From: Eledone cirrhosa
Taxonomy: Eukaryota
Reading direction: 5' to 3'
Length of the DNA: 64,000 bases
Assembly (NCBI GenBank): GCA_964016885.1
Contig: OZ024740.1
Coordinates: forward strand, 239,692,001 to 239,756,000
The notes below the pieces were generated by a model. It was not told where the DNA came from. It saw only the letters and a program-made list of their open reading frames with translations, and did not search any database. Below, piece after piece: positions 25,550-40,859 of the stretch. The translations under genes were made by a program, and so were the position numbers. Numbering within the stretch: position 1 is the stretch's first letter; every line of letters begins with the position of its first letter.

Positions 25550-26079
25550 GTTCTATCATTGTTCTGTTACTGTTCTATAGACGGACACAAGTTTGCATCT
25601 CATAATACATGTGTGTAGTATATTGCATGGACGCACGCACCTTCTCCTGTACCCCCCCCCCCCGCCTCATTTTTTATTTTTTATTTTACCCGTTCCTTTA
25701 TTTTACCCCTTCTTTTCTTGTACCTATTTCTGCAGTTACATACAGATTTTAATGAACCCTAAAATATTGTAAATTTATTTATTTATTTTATTTTATTATC
25801 ATATTGTGTTTAAATTCACGTGTTTTTATGTGTGGACATGTATGTGGGTATATGTACCTGTGTGTGTGAGTAGATGCGTATGTATGCATATATATACGTT
25901 GGTAGGTGTTGAGGGAGGGGGGGTGTATGGGCATGGGTGCGTAAGTGCAGGAGCGTATACGCGCCTGTAAATGCAGACATGTGCATATATATACATATGT
26001 GGCGGAATGTGGGTGTATGTGTGTGTGGGTATGTGTATATGTGTGTCTATATATGAGCATATATATATATATATATATA

Positions 26080-26138
<59 letters not shown>

Positions 26139-26545
26139 GTCTATGTATGTATGTGTGAGTATGTACGTATAGCCACGTATGAGTAGGTGTGGGTGTGTAT
26201 GTGTGGGTGGGTAAGTGTGCGTATATATATGTGGGTGTGTATGTGTATATATGTGGATGTGTATGTGGGTGCAGGTGCATACATATGCGGGCCTCTATAT
26301 GTGTACATATGTATTTGTGCATACAAGTATGTGTTTATGTGCATCTCATAGGAATGTGTGCGGATGATTATTTATGGACTATATATGCTTTTTATTATTA
26401 CTATTATTCTTATTGTATTATTTTATCACATATCCTCTATATATATCCGTATATATCCGTATAGGTATGTCTGAGTCTGTGTACGTGTGTGTGTGTGTAT
26501 GTGTGTGTGTGTATGTATGTGTATATGTATGTATATGTATATAAT

Positions 26546-26585
<40 letters not shown>

Positions 26586-27904
26586 TATTGTATATTATAT
26601 TACATTGTATATTATATTTTTTTATGTTACGGTAATTTACCGTTCTTTTATGTTTTATTGCATAATGTATTTTTAATTGGTCACTTACAGGTGTGTTTAT
26701 ATATGTATATGTAGTAGCACATGTGTGTGTAGGCAGATATCCATGCGTGCAGGTGTATGCATGTGGCAACACGTATGCGTATGCATGTGTAGATGTACGT
26801 ATATCGGCATATGCGTGGGTATTTGTATGTATATGTGTGGATGTGCGTACGTATGTTAAGTTGTCTCTTTTCTTTTGTGTGTATATATGTATATATATAT
26901 GTATATAAATATATATATATGTGTGTACGTACGTGTGTAGGTAATGTTGATGTACGTATGTATATTTGTACGTATGTGTGGACATGTGTGAGCATACATT
27001 TATATATGTGTGTGTATGTGTGTATATATATGTATATATATATGTGTGTATACACATGTGTGCATTTATGTATGTGGATGTATGTGTATATATATGTGTG
27101 TATGAGTCTGTATATACATATATGGGGATATATATATATTTAAATATGTAGAAGGTTGGGCGTATGTATATGTGCGCGCATATGTATGTATATATGTGTA
27201 TGTTTGAGTAGGATATGCTTACCCCAATTGATACAGAGCGCGAAGTAAACAACCGTCAGAAGGCTCGTGGCGGTATGTATCAACAAGTGGGTGTGTATTG
27301 GTCCGTGTAGATGAGGGAGAGACGGTGTGTAAGTATATATACTTCGATGTATGTATGTGGGGGAGGGTGTGTCTGCTGATGTAGGCATACGTGTGTGTAT
27401 GCTCAGATGGGTATGTGTCTGCATGTGTGTGTTTTTATGTGTGTATTTTAGTATGTGTGGGTGCTTACCCTTAAGTGTGAGAAGACGTGTGAAGTACTGA
27501 TCCCAGCATGACTCCATTGAAATGTGTCGGACGGAAAATGGTTGATGAACCGTGTGGCAGCAGATACTGACCATAACTTGTGATGACGTGGAGTAAAAAC
27601 AGCCAATGGCCTGACAAGAGTGGAAATAGGGTTTTTTTAGGGTGTGTTTTGATGATAAAACCCCAGTGATAAAATTTACTCCGGATGTAACACCCGTATC
27701 TGAAAGAACCCGCAGAAGTAGAATCAGGCAGATCCATACAAGGACCATGACTCGAGCTACATGCCGGCGAAACATTTGTAACACGAAATAAACTACGTCC
27801 AGATGCATCACTGATTTTTCGTTTTCTTTATAATATCTACACTCTACTCTGATGAATATCGAGTGCTAATTTTGGCATACCGCCTATGGAAACAGCATAG
27901 CTAC

Positions 27905-27993
<89 letters not shown>

Positions 27994-28014
27994 AGAGATA
28001 GAGAGAGAGAGATT

Positions 28015-29090
28015 TTGAGTTTATGTTGGTTGTATACCAACACCTTAGTATCCAGGCTGGAGCACTCGACAAAGTGCGCAGGTTGGTTTGGTTACTCCGG
28101 AGTAGTGTAAAATAAAGTTAAATAAAAAGTCAAATGATTAAAATTTAGCTTCGTTTATTACTGCTATATATATTTCAGTGACAGCCATCTTTGGCTGTGA
28201 CCTCTTCAGGCAGTTTGAATTAGTATGGTATAGACAAGTACATATGTTGTTGAGGTGTATAATATTGTTAATACTCCGATATGCCCAGTTCCCGGCCGGG
28301 TTGTTATTTCACTGAGGAACTGGAATCATATGAATTCAAACAAACGAATTTCAGTGTCAAAGGTCCTCTTCTCCTCTCATTGGTCAGTTATTAGAACATT
28401 CCTCATTCTAAGTGTTGTTATTGTTGGAGTTAGCTTAAAAAATTGATAAAATGGTAGAAGGGACAAGGTGTTAAAGGAACAAAATAACAAAAAACGTGTC
28501 AAACTTCCCATTGGTCAGTTCTGAGAGCATTCCTCAGTCAGAAGTCTATAGAATTCTTTCTGGGGTGAGGCTCTCTGTAGTGTTTTTGTTTGCTATTGTT
28601 AAGTACATTTGACCTCTACCATTATTTTGGTAGTGTTGTTGGTGTTGTGGTCAGCTTATATCTTGCTGCTGCTAACAATTTAGAAGTATCCAGTGTGTGT
28701 TTTTTCTTCATCCCTCTTGCCACTATCTCTCATAGTGGTAGTGGTGGTGGGGGGGGGGGGGGGGGGTTCTTCCATGTATATGAAGAAATATAAGGCAATA
28801 AATGAAGAAAACAGAAAATAAATAAATAATATAACATAATTAATATAATTTGTATAATTTGAAAATAAATAAATAAATAGAGAATAAAGAATAAAGAGTA
28901 AATGAAACATTGGTGAAAAAGTAATGAAAATGAATATGGAGAAGTGAAAAATAATGTAGGATAAAGTGTGTGTGTGCTATAACCAATCTCAAGGTCAGAA
29001 ATATGTTGGATAGATTGGTATGAGGACAAAATGTTAAGATAAGATAATCAAACTAAATGTGTTTGTGTTATAATAAAGATGCCATCATAT
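28015..29090 (-). mobile_element. Non-coding 3' portion/pLTR of another PLE (family F)
   Basis: Hammerhead on the minus strand at 28160-28214; abuts (TA)n/(GA)n. Confidence 0.55.
28160..28214 (-). ncRNA. Type I hammerhead ribozyme (family F)
   Basis: Minus strand ACTGC-CTGAAGA-GGTCACAGCCA aaga TGGCTGTCACT-GAAA-TATATA-TA-GCAGT. Confidence 0.85.
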
Positions 29091-29091
29091 A

Positions 29092-29849
29092 AAGATGCCA
29101 TCATGCTACTATCTACCTATGAGGCATGATGTAGTGGCCAAAACCTGTACAATATAATCTGTTGAAAAGATAACCCCGACAATAAACACATTAAAGGTTA
29201 CAGCAATGTGGATAACATATACATACATAATATGAAAGAGTACTGGTGGAAAGTTCCGGTCAAATCCCCAATAAAATGCAAACATAACAGACTCGATATA
29301 ATCATATGGGACACGGAAAAGATTGCATGCACAATAGTGGAAGTTAGCTGCCCAGCGGATGCCAATATAATATTAAAGGTCAACGGAAAGGAGAATATCT
29401 ATGCAGAACTAATGAGAAATCTGCAGATACTCTACCCTGACTATACATTCAGATTTATACCTGTGATTATTGGGGGACTGGGATATATTAGTAACTGCCT
29501 CAGTACAAATTTTGAGAAGCTAGACTTCACAGAAACAGAAAGAACACGACTAGTTAGGAAATTGCAAATATAATATATTAATGGGACAGTAAAAATATGT
29601 AAAACATTCCAAAAATTCTGCATCTAATAACTGCATATACACATGTACAGATACAAAGCATATACACATGCACACATATAACTCAAACCATACACATCCA
29701 TACCTGCACACATATACATGCATGCACACATGCCTACATATCTACCTAGTTGATGTTGTGTAAATTCCAATGAGAGAGTCTTGTATCTATATTAGAAACC
29801 AACACTCTCTCTATTGGTAAAAAATTATAAAATTATAAAACCAGAAGAA
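29092..29849 (+). mobile_element. 3' fragment of the R4/Dong-type RLE retrotransposon
   Basis: ORF 29208-29573 (HNRLDIIIWD...VEVSCP...KENIY). The 3' UTR ends AAAACCAGAAGAA before CAGACATACAT. Confidence 0.88.
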
Positions 29850-32123
29850 CAGACATACATATGTATATACGAACCTAGATACACATATATAAATACATAT
29901 GCAAATACATTCTTATATGCGTATATACATACAACGGTTTATGTACTAATCATAATCAAAGTTATTATCTGTCTTATACAAACCTAATATTTTTGTTTGT
30001 AAAGTCTGTCTGTTAGCATCTTAGAAGAAAATATCTTAGGCGATAAACGAGATAGAAAGTGTCAGTGTTAATTAATAAGTTCAAGTTAATTTGTTATGGC
30101 GTGTTACATTTGTATGGCTTCAAGACAAATGTTAGTACATGTGGACAGTACAAGTTAATTGGCATCAGTTCTATTTTCGTAAGTTTCAAAATGTTAGCTG
30201 AAAATTTCTCAAGGGAATACTGAATTCTGAAACTATAGCAATATGTGATGAATATTATTAGAAACGATATGGATGCGAATAGAATTTTAATCCGAAAATA
30301 TAATTTTGTTTCGTTTCGCAAGATTTACTGAACAGATCAGGCATTACAATATGAGGAAATTAGCATTTCAAATGTAACCTAGCACCTTAAATTTAATATT
30401 ATGCAGGTTTAAGCTTGAAGATGTCATTGAATCATTTAGATAATATCTGTTCTAATTAGCTGACAATCAATACTGCCATAAAGTATTAAACATTGATTAA
30501 TGAATTACTCACCTTTTCTCTATGTTTATTTTATTGGCAAACATACTTTTAAATATATTTTTAAAAATTATTTGGAGGCGTCATAACTAAAGAAATAAGT
30601 CGATTATGCTATTACAGCAAAATCAGAGTCATTTGAGTGTCGGATAAAATGTCTTGCGGTATTTATTTCGTCAAGGTGCCCAATGAATCGAGGTCATCTT
30701 ACTTTTCTTCTTTTCGTGATTGAGTTACAAAGGGAACACACCAACGTCGTTACAAAGTCGGGGAGTTTAATCAACGAGGTAAGAACATGAGTTTAGAGGC
30801 AAACAACGAATAATCGTTTACGTGGTCGCTCGAAATAATAGAAATAATATCGAAATCACCGTCTTAAAAGTGGTAGTAAACATTGAACAAGATGGTGAGA
30901 GATGAACTACGCTTAAATAAATGATGAGTTAGGCATAGCTGTAGAACCTTTGTTAATGGTTCAATCAGAGATGAAAATGAAACACCCATGTCTATTGCAA
31001 AGCGTCTGTCACTAGTAGAAAGAAGAAAATCAATTATCTTCAAAGCAGCGACTGGCTCGAATGTTTTCTACATATTGAACTCCGTCACAAGCTCTTAAGG
31101 ATTCGGAAATGATGTTAAAAATGGTTAGACAAGGTTGACCTAGAGGTAAAGAGACAAAAAAAAAAAACTGTACATTTTCAAACACTTTTCGGTTGAAGAT
31201 AGTAATGACGTATTTCTGTAACTCTTTTAGTCAGAGAGGGAATGGCAGTGCCATGCAACTTTCAAGGACTATGAGACTGGTGGGATGGAGATAGAGCGAT
31301 ATTCTTAAATCCGGAATGATTGGAATAGACTCCGCTAAAGGCACCAAAGATAAAGGTGGTAAAGTCGGATAATGGACTAAGTCTCCATCAAAGTAGGCTA
31401 CAATTGAGGCTACTGAGAAGGCAAAGATTTCAAATAAATACCGCTAGGCATCTCGTCCGATGTTCTAACAATTCAGCTAATCTTCTACACAGGACTGGTA
31501 CTTTATTTTATTGACACCGAAAATATATATGGCAATGTAGACCTGAGTGGGATTCGTAATTAACGGCACGAAAAGAGCTTGAACAAATACTGCAACATAG
31601 TTTGTCCTACGGTGTATCGATTTTCCCTATTTGTCACTCATGACAGCACTAAAACAGATACCATTAGTTATTATACACCAGTTGATATACACTAGTTATT
31701 ATCCGCCAATTGTTATTCACCAGTCGTTATCCACCGTTTGTTATACATGGTTTTCTGCTTGCTTCTGCTATATTTAAGGAAATATTCTCTTTCTAATTAC
31801 TACAACATAAAATAACAGAAGAAAAAGGAAAAAGAAAATTTTCGATTTATAATAAATGTGAAAATAATGACGTAAATGTTATGGTTAAGGGTATAATTAT
31901 TTGATTACTGACATAAGAAGGACAGAGAAAATAATAGGAATTAGTGAGGTTGGAATCAGCGTGGAATATGGAAATGTAGCCAATAGACAAACAGAAAGGA
32001 GAAATAGGAATAATAAGGAAATACAGGAAACAATTGCGATAATTTTGTAAAGTTATATAAGTATGCACACACACACACATACGCACATAAACACATTAAC
32101 ACGTAAACACACACACACACACA

Positions 32124-32165
<42 letters not shown>

Positions 32166-32300
32166 AATATATATATATGTCAAGTAAGGATACTTTCGAA
32201 ACAGCGAGTTGGTTTGAAATTATTAAAAATGTAAGCTATAGCCGTATTTTGACTAAAGAAATTAAAGAAATTATTTAGCCTGATAATGGGGTTAAGAACC

Positions 32301-32348
<48 letters not shown>

Positions 32349-32549
32349 TATTATACGTTGGGAGGGTCATGTTGCCAATAAGAAACACACGCACCAGTTG
32401 TTTCACTCCAATTTATTATAAATTAAATTATAAATTTAGGAAATTTATAAATTTACGGTTGGTTGGTTGGCTCTACAACCGGACGGTTGTTCATATATTG
32501 TCAAAGTTCTTTCGTCACACATTCTGTGACCTCATCAGTGACTTTACTT

Positions 32550-34825
32550 TTTGACAAACGCACGCAATTGCCGTCGCAGGTCGATGAACAAACAGAAGCA
32601 CAATTTAATATAGCTAGATCTAAACTTAGAAATATTATAGAACAATATAGCAAGGAGCAAAATAGAATGGAGGCCCAGCAATTGGAAGAAAAATCTGCAA
32701 ATGGCTTGCGTAAGCTCATGCAGCGCTCACGTAATGGAGAGATTGCATGCTTTCCAACAGACAAGTCTGGCAGAATGTCGGTTGACAGTCTGTCAAACTA
32801 CATCCAGGCAATGCAACCCCACACCACTAACACAAGAGAAGTAACACCACAAGAGCATGAGGATAGAGAGAAAAGCCTTAATGCCCATATGATGATGTGG
32901 ACAAACATAATGCAGCCCAATAAACGGACTGCCAACAACTTCCTAGCCTGGAACAATGACGTGCCAGCGTTGTATGACTTCGAAAAGACCATAAGACGAA
33001 CAGTGACCCAGTCACCGGACCACCAACACGGCCAGTCTGTGGAGCTAACATTGCTAGCAACTACAGACTTTCCTACTTCCTCTCCCTGAACATACGCCCC
33101 ATCATTGAAATTTCCCCGGATATATGTGACAGCACGGAGGACCTCCTCAGTAGAATCAGCGTAAATAACCGATCTAGGGACCTAATAGACTGTATAATAG
33201 GTAGTATGGATGTAGTGTCCCTATACCCATCCATTCCATTGACGTGGATTTAGCTGTGGAGAAATGCGAAGAAATGATCAGTGAGAGCAATGTTGAATTC
33301 CATGGGATTGATACCAGTGAGCTGGGACTCCTACATAAACTTACATGTAATAATGATTATCTAGATACGTATGACCTTAGCAACCTCTGCCCCACAAGTC
33401 CAGCAAGACGCAGACCACCTACCATTACCTCAATGGTCAAGAAAACCCACACAAAAAGATGGAACGGGTGGACCAGAGCCATACGGACCTCCGAAAACCA
33501 CGATGAACTAAAGAAAATGATTGAACATGCGGTGGGGGCCATTATAAAATTAACCCTTAAGGAACATATGTTCAAATTTACTGGAAAAACATATGCAGGG
33601 GGAAGCAGCCATTGGTGTTAGCATTGCAGGTGACATAGCTAACCTATTCATGGTATTGTGGGACAATAAACTTAAAGAACAATTAGAAGACAACAACCTC
33701 TTAAGCCTGATTATGAACTCTCGCTACGTTGATGATATAAACATCGTAGTAAAAACACCCACACTAGAGAACAGTCAGGAATTAGAGAAAAACACAATGG
33801 AAAGCATCCAGCAAATAGCTAACTCCATCCACCAGAGTATTAGAGTTACTATAGACTACCCAAGAAAACATCCCAACCATCGATTACCTGTACTAGACAC
33901 AGAGCTCTTGTTAGAAACCATTAATATCAAAAAACAAATCCTCCATTCCCATTATGCCAAACCCATGACTTCCAAATACCTGATCCACAGAAACTCAGCT
34001 GCTTCGGATCACACAAAAATCAACATACTGATTGCGGATTTAGTACGGGTTATGAGGACTGTGTCCCGCATGTGCAACCCCAAAGAACTAGAGAGATACA
34101 TACAACAATTCATCCACCGTATGCAGTTCTCCGGTTACAATCGGAGAGATAAAATCAGAGTATATAGAGGAGCCAGAACCAAATGGGAAAAAATGTATAA
34201 TAATGATACAAATCGGACCTGCCCCTTGTATAGGAGCAAATTTTGGAATAGGAAAGAACTAGGAATAAAATTAATAGAATAAACTAATGGTATGATAGCA
34301 ATAAATACCAGAGTGTAATGTTCATCAACACAACCCCTAGAGGTGAACTAGCTTACACATTTAGAAGGGCCCTAGATAAACTTAAATTAAATATTAAGAT
34401 AATGGAAAGACCAGGTACCTCCATAAAAACACTTATTAGTAATACATACCCTTTTCAAAGACCTCCCTGTATAGATAAGAAATGCATAATCTGTAAACTA
34501 AGCCCCCATATTAACTGCAAAACTAGAAACATAGTATATAGCATAATATGTACTGAGGGACAATGTAAAGATAAGAATATAGTGTACATAGGTGAGACAG
34601 CTCGTAGTATAGGAGAACGATTAAATGAACACTGGCGAGAGCTTCACGATAAAAAAGAATCATCAGTACTTCACCAATATGCTAAAATAGAACATAAGGG
34701 CAAATTAGAGAACATAGAAATAAAAATATAATCTACACACAGAAAAGACGCAATGTTTAGACAAATCACAGAGGCAATAAACATAAATGAACTCCAACCA
34801 AAATTAAATAGAAAACATGAATGAA
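32550..34825 (+). pseudogene. Frameshifted RT + GIY-YIG ORF of element G
   Basis: TDKSGR, MDVVSLYPSI, AIGVSIAG, RYVDDI, LPVLD, HYAKPM, VYSIICTEGQC...VYIGETAR. Confidence 0.9.
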
Positions 34826-35050
34826 ATAGCAACATCAGAACTTACAATTAAGGACAAAATGAAAACACACACACATATAGAACAAACAATCAACTAGTAA
34901 CATGTAAATAAACAAATAAATAAACAAATAAAAACACACACAGACACCCGGATGTAACACATTGCGCAAACTAAGCACACAACACACACAAAAACAAGAT
35001 GGCGTAGGACAGAACAAATGAGAGGCACAAAACAAAGAAAAGAATCCCCG

Positions 35051-35093
35051 GTCACTGATGAGGTCGCAGAATGTGTGACGAAAGAACTTTGAC
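35051..35093 (+). ncRNA. Type I hammerhead (element G pLTR); inverted copy at 32500-32542
   Basis: GTCA-CTGATGA-GGTCGCA..TGTGAC-GAAA-GAAC-TT-TGAC. Confidence 0.8.
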
Positions 35094-35299
35094 AATATAT
35101 GAACAACCGTCCGGTTGTGGAACCAACCAACCAATTGGAAATTTATAAATTTCTTAAATTTATAATTTAATTGTTAATAAATTGGAGTGAAAGCAACTGG
35201 TGCGCGTGTTTCTTATTGGCAACATGCCCCTCCCAAAGTATAACAATATTGGTTTCACCACACCTTTTCAGATAGAATCTTGCTAAACAAATTCAGAAA

Positions 35300-35383
<84 letters not shown>

Positions 35384-35417
35384 TGAAAATTGCAAACTTG
35401 ACTGTCACCACTGAATA

Positions 35418-35456
35418 TGAACTTGAAGATTGTGAAAGCATGAAAGTACTTGTTCA
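35418..35456 (+). ncRNA. Hammerhead-like motif (U3-G8 core) in a small TA-flanked remnant
   Basis: TGAAC-TTGAAGA-ttgt gaaa gcat-GAAA-GTAC-TT-GTTCA. Confidence 0.55.
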
Positions 35457-35615
35457 ATTAACACTTAACGTTTAATATTCTACCATACTATTTCATTATA
35501 ATATCATTATAATTTTAAAGGATTGTAAATAAAACGAGTAATTCAGACAAAGTAGCAATTCCTTTTATTAATATAATCTTCTATATACAATCATACACCC
35601 CTGTGTACATTTATT

Positions 35616-35703
<88 letters not shown>

Positions 35704-36029
35704 GGAAAATGTGTGAAATCAAAAAAATGGAAGAGAATGACTTCACTTCAACAATTTGATTTAATTTTATAATATGACTTTACAATTTGGTTTTGTAGAT
35801 CTAGTATTGCGTGAGAATTCTTCATTTTTTGTGTTTTTGAATATTACCGAATTTGAGGGTTTCTCATGGGCTTGTTTTTTAAATTTTATTTCGTCTTTCT
35901 CATAGTTCTTTGATGGTGGTGTTGGCGGTGATAATGTTGATGATGATTCTGATGGCGATGATGATAATGGTGTTGAGGATGATTATGATGATGATTATTC
36001 TGCTGTAGTTGTTGTTTGTAATGATAATA

Positions 36030-36460
36030 ATTGTTTCTACTTTAGGCACAAGGCCAGCAATTACCCAGTGCATTACTGGTACTTTATTTTATCGACCCTG
36101 TACGGATGAAAAGCAAAGTCAACCTCGGCGAGATTTGAACTCAGATCGTAAAGGGACGTAACTATGCTGGAAAGCATGGCGTCCGACCCTCTACCGATAC
36201 TGCCATGATAATAATGGTGATGATAATGATGAAGATACCGAAAATGAAACTGGCTGGGGATCATCATAATAATAATTGTTGTTTCTACTTTTGGCACAAG
36301 GCCAGAAATTCACCAGTACATTACTGGTACTTTATTTTATCGACCCCGTAAAGATGAAAGGCAAAGTTAACCTCGACGTGATTTGAACTCAGACCGTAAA
36401 GGGACGAAACTTTGCTAGAAAGCATGGCGTCCAACCTTCTACGGATACTGCCAATTCACC
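36030..36460 (-). mobile_element. Two tandem tRNA-derived SINEs
   Basis: Minus strand A box TGGCAGTATCGG, B box GAGTTCAAATC, core GCCTTTCATCC..GGTCGATAAA..GTACCAG (resembles the MetaSINE domain), tail GTAGAAACAATTATT. Confidence 0.85.
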
Positions 36461-37779
36461 AATAATAATAGAAGTTACAAGAACAGCTAAAATATATGTC
36501 CATTATGTATTCCTTCTGGTTGTTAAAGTTTAACCTTCAAATCGGCCCTTATAGTAAATAGCATTCTAAATGTTACCATCTCTTTTAAGATCACATTATC
36601 CAATGTAGCTTTTCCTTGTTTATGGCGGTATGATGCTATTTGAACGAGATTTTACATCTATTTCTAACATGTCAAACTACTCACATTTATATTTCCATCC
36701 AGACGTTTCCAATTCCCTCTCGGATGAAATTTCAACAACTATGTTTATTGTAGGCTTTCCTGTCGAAGTTGGCTAAGTTCAGGTTGAACAGGGTGTAAAA
36801 TTTAAACTTAGAACGCAAAGAGACTGAGCAGATACGGCAAAACATCTTGCTTGATACTGTAACATTTCCGACAATCCCCACTTCCTGCACATGCACTTCA
36901 TTTTATCGACCCCTAAAAATGAAAGGCAAAGTTAACATCGGCAGGATTTCCACTCATAGTGCAGAGAGCCGAAATAAATACAGCAAATCATTTAATCTAA
37001 CACTTCTACGACTATGGCAATGCGGTACGTTTGTTTATATTATTGTAACATTATTTCAAAGTCTTCACACACAGCATTCTTTCATTCTAGTCAAGTGTAT
37101 GACATCCCATAAATTAATGTAGAGTTTATTTTTAGAACGCACATTTATAAACGCATTAATTAATGATATTGGTTAACATGAGATCTTAATGAATATGTGA
37201 AATATTTCATTATCTCTCAAGACTTCTGTTGTTATTTTTGCTGTCGTCATGTCGCTGCTGATGTCATCGCCATCGTTGATGCTGTTTAATATCAAGTCAG
37301 ACTTAAATAAACAGATCTATGATCAAAGACGTCTCAGCCATAACCATCCCGTTGTGGTTTTCAAATACAGTGTACCCTGACTGCATTATTGAATATGATT
37401 CTTTTTAAGGCTAAAGAGGGTGTAATATAAGAGAGTTTGGTTGGTGATTTTAGCAGTTAAAGCATCCATGAAAAGGTTTCCTCATTGGCTCGTCAAATAT
37501 TCACGAAATTCACAAGCACAACTGGAAATCAAAATACTATATCAGCGAATCAACTAGGAAGTCATTTCGGTAACAGTAGGGAACCTCTTAGTACAAAATA
37601 ATGATTTGCATATGCATAAGAGCCTGTGTGAGCACACGTGTGATGAGATGATTAATGAATTGTTGATTTTCAAATTAATAGTTATACACGCGATCACACT
37701 AAGCAACATTCATTAAAGTATTCTAATGCTTTTATTATCGAGATATAACGAGTTAAGTAGTGAAACATCAAAGACCACT

Positions 37780-38480
37780 TAGAGCATAATATTTCATATT
37801 CAATAAAAAATCTCAGAGATATTATACAAGACGATGATGCAATTCGTAGTTGGCTTGCAGTATTACTTACTATCCAAGTGGTTCTTGGCTAAATTTAATC
37901 GTGAGAAAACTGTTTACAACAATGCATTATAGAAATCAGCGATACAATTTCCAGCAGTGATTTTCAAAGTGGATATTTTCTATATCTAGAAAGGATTTAT
38001 AAAATTAGTAAATCGATAAATTGTATTTGGATATCAAAATTGCATTCGATTACAATTATATTAAGTTGACATGCATGGAATCAGAGCTTCAGCTGATATC
38101 ACATTAAAAGAAGTTTCACATATTAGTAGTTCAAGGATTATGAATTTGTATCTCTCGAAATATATTAGGCAATTCATCCAAAATAATTGAAAGTCTCTGA
38201 AGAATCTAGCTTCAGTTCTTTCAGTGTTGGGAAATGTACCCTGCAGTATGTTTTCTCGTTCTGTTACGAATAATTGCACCATTGATTCAAAGGTTCTTGT
38301 ATAAATAAAATTAGAGCTAAGTTCATTCGGCCCTTATGATTTATGTAGCTACTGAAATCGAGTAGAAGTGCGAGATCACATAATAACAATTTGGGGGTCG
38401 GTGTCCTGTAATTCCATAACAATTATAAAGATTTCCACTTCTGCTTATAGAAACGCTTAAGCATGCGCTATTGGCTTAGC
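37780..38480 (-). pseudogene. Degraded hAT (Charlie/SPIN, GTF2IRD2-like) transposase relic
   Basis: Minus-strand fragments KRFYK, LCDLALLLD, VHFPTLK, CKQ.FSRLNLAKNH and SQLRIASS, in the expected order across frames. Confidence 0.55.
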
Positions 38481-38599
38481 CAATGTACCTCGAAATTTAT
38501 GTTGTTTAATTATTGATGTTGTTAATACATTTTGTTAGCACTTTCACCACTTTATTCCTTATAGGGCATGCGCTCAAATGATGTTGATGATTACGATAA

Positions 38600-38815
38600 T
38601 AATGGCTTCTGATTTAGGCATAAGGTCAACAATTTGAGGGGCGGAAAAGTGGATTAAATCGACCCCAATACGCTACTGGTATTTTATTTTGCCGATCCTG
38701 TGAGGATGAAAGGCAAAGCTAATCTCGGCTGGATTTGAACTCAGAACATAAAGGGACATAACTACATGCCGTGAATCATGGTGTCCGATGCTTTACTGAT
38801 ATTGCCAATCCACTG
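38600..38815 (-). mobile_element. tRNA-derived SINE
   Basis: Same A/B boxes and core as the other copies. Confidence 0.8.
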
Positions 38816-40814
38816 TCGATAAGTAAAATAATGATTCAATCATCAGGCGGTTTTTTTCTCTCCTTCTCTCTCGCCCACACCTTTTCTCTCTCTCCCGCTC
38901 TCTTTCTCTGCCCTCTCTCTTTTTCCCCCTCTCAACATGTGAATAGCCGTAACTTATAAGAATACAGTTGTCAGCTCTTCAACCCCTTCTTGAGATCCAC
39001 AGCTACGACACTTGGTTTTCCGTCGGGAAAATAGTCTTTAGTAAAAACAAAAAAGGAATATTTATTAGGGAAATTCCATGTATCTATCTTAAAACAAGTA
39101 AATGTTCCCTACTGTTGGTATCCCACATATAAATATTACTAAGAGTATCACTATTACCATATATGTTATTTCATCTACAGCAAGGAATCAAACTAATATC
39201 TCAACACAAATACTGGTACTGCCGTTTTCACAGATATCATTAGCCATGGCTTTTATACGATCATAAAATGTCGTCTGGGTTAAACTAATATTCTCAAAAA
39301 ATCTGCCTTTTTATGATTCATGTAGATACAACTATTCCCATTAAACAAACTCGGCTTAACTACGTTTTGAAAGTATCTTTATAATATTAGCCCACGTTGG
39401 TGTATTCAAGTGTTAGAATTTAAATAACTATGGCAGCATGTTTTAACAAAATGAAACAATGCTATGAAGATCTATAAATTTATACATAAAAATAAAAACA
39501 ACAGTATTTTCAAAGCATGAAATTTCCATGGGTTCAGTTAGTTTTAATCTGTTTGTTTCTTTTTCATTTTTTTCCCGTTAAACTGCTTTTTTCGTTAAAC
39601 TGCTTTTTTCAGAAACATACTTTTGGGAATACTATCTTGTCTAAACGCAGTGTCCCTTATGCTTAAGCTAAATAGAGGCGTTCATGACTTTACAACTTTA
39701 CATTTTGTATATTACAATCGAATATTTACAGATAAGACACAAATGATTTCCACATACTGCTATGAAAAAGTAATTATCGCTACATTTGTAATGTCAGATA
39801 GAATATTCGTAAGCAACACTTTTCCTTTCATTAGTATTAACCATTTCAGAAATGGCGATTTGTATAGACTTTAGAATATTGATTTAACTCTTTTAATACA
39901 AGTAGTAAAGTAAACTGCAAATGTTACCTAAGAATTTGAAATCATTGCAGTCTATTTGTAATAACACAACCGACAGCAAACATAGGAAATTTCACTATGT
40001 TCACATTTATCACAAATAACGATGTGTAGTAAGATGGATTAAATACACAGAGGCGGAGCTTTTCGAATAAGAAGAACAAGGGCTAAATGTTAAATGACTG
40101 TGATACAACTGTGATCGTGACGTTGTCAATTCATACATATTCCGTTTCAAGACACGTATTACATCTATCAGAACATTTATTTTGTCTTGTAGGATGTTCA
40201 AAGTTGCAATAAATTACTGATTTGCCGTTAAGGCTGTATTTCTTTTTTTTTTTTTTCATACGGGTTGTTAGAGAATTTCGTTAATGGATGGTTTTAAATT
40301 AAAATATATACGAGAGATTTCCACTTTTCTCTATATTTTTTGCCACACGCGAGATAAAGCAGCAAAATATACCTCTAATAATACTCCACTGTCTTAGAAT
40401 AGAAGGAAGACAGTAAATAATGTTTCCTACATCAACATACAACAAAAAAGAAAGATAGTTATGATTAGTATCCTGTTGATCGTTGGTCTAAATCAGAGCA
40501 GTAACATAGATGAAACAGCAGGGAATTAAACTTGTATCACAATAGAGAACGGCTCAGTGATAGAGAATGAGATAGAGAAAATATACACAAACACACACGC
40601 ATACACACACATACACACACACATACACACAAATATACACACACATACACACACACATATAAATATATATATATATATATATAAAATAAATAGGTATCCT
40701 CTTTCATAATGTATTCAGTATTTATTTAACTGTGGTTTCTTCCCGATTCCCTTCAGAAAACCATATATATAAGAATATAACATCAGTGATCTCAGTAGAC
40801 AGGAGGGAGTAGTT

Positions 40815-40859
40815 AGCCTTGATAACCATCAATAAATGCGAAACAAGGCCTTGTCGGCT
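40815..40859 (+). ncRNA. Hammerhead with U3-A8 core in a TA-flanked pLTR remnant (~40690-41030)
   Basis: AGCC-TTGATAA-weak stem II-GAAA-CAAGGCCTTG (palindrome)-TC-GGCT. Confidence 0.65.

Larger units (their letters stand above)
19912..27912 (+). mobile_element. Penelope-like element E (tentatively Naiad-type): inverted 5' arm, pLTR, ORF and ~2.8 kb 3' region
   Basis: pLTR ~21745-22215 matches ~27438-27910. The inverted arm 19912-20002 plus 20940-21735 matches ~25720-26695. Ends in (TA)n. Confidence 0.88.
32350..35303 (+). mobile_element. 5'-truncated Penelope-like element G with an inverted pLTR at its 5' end
   Basis: 32350-32542 is the reverse complement of ~35051-35245. (TA)n on both sides. 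Confidence 0.9.

Noticed and set aside
30094-30321. 75-aa ORF with a hydrophobic stretch
   Set aside because: It has a non-ATG start in AT-rich sequence and no recognisable homology or splice support.
31661-31748. ~14-bp degenerate tandem repeat
   Set aside because: Ordinary decayed minisatellite with no further structure.
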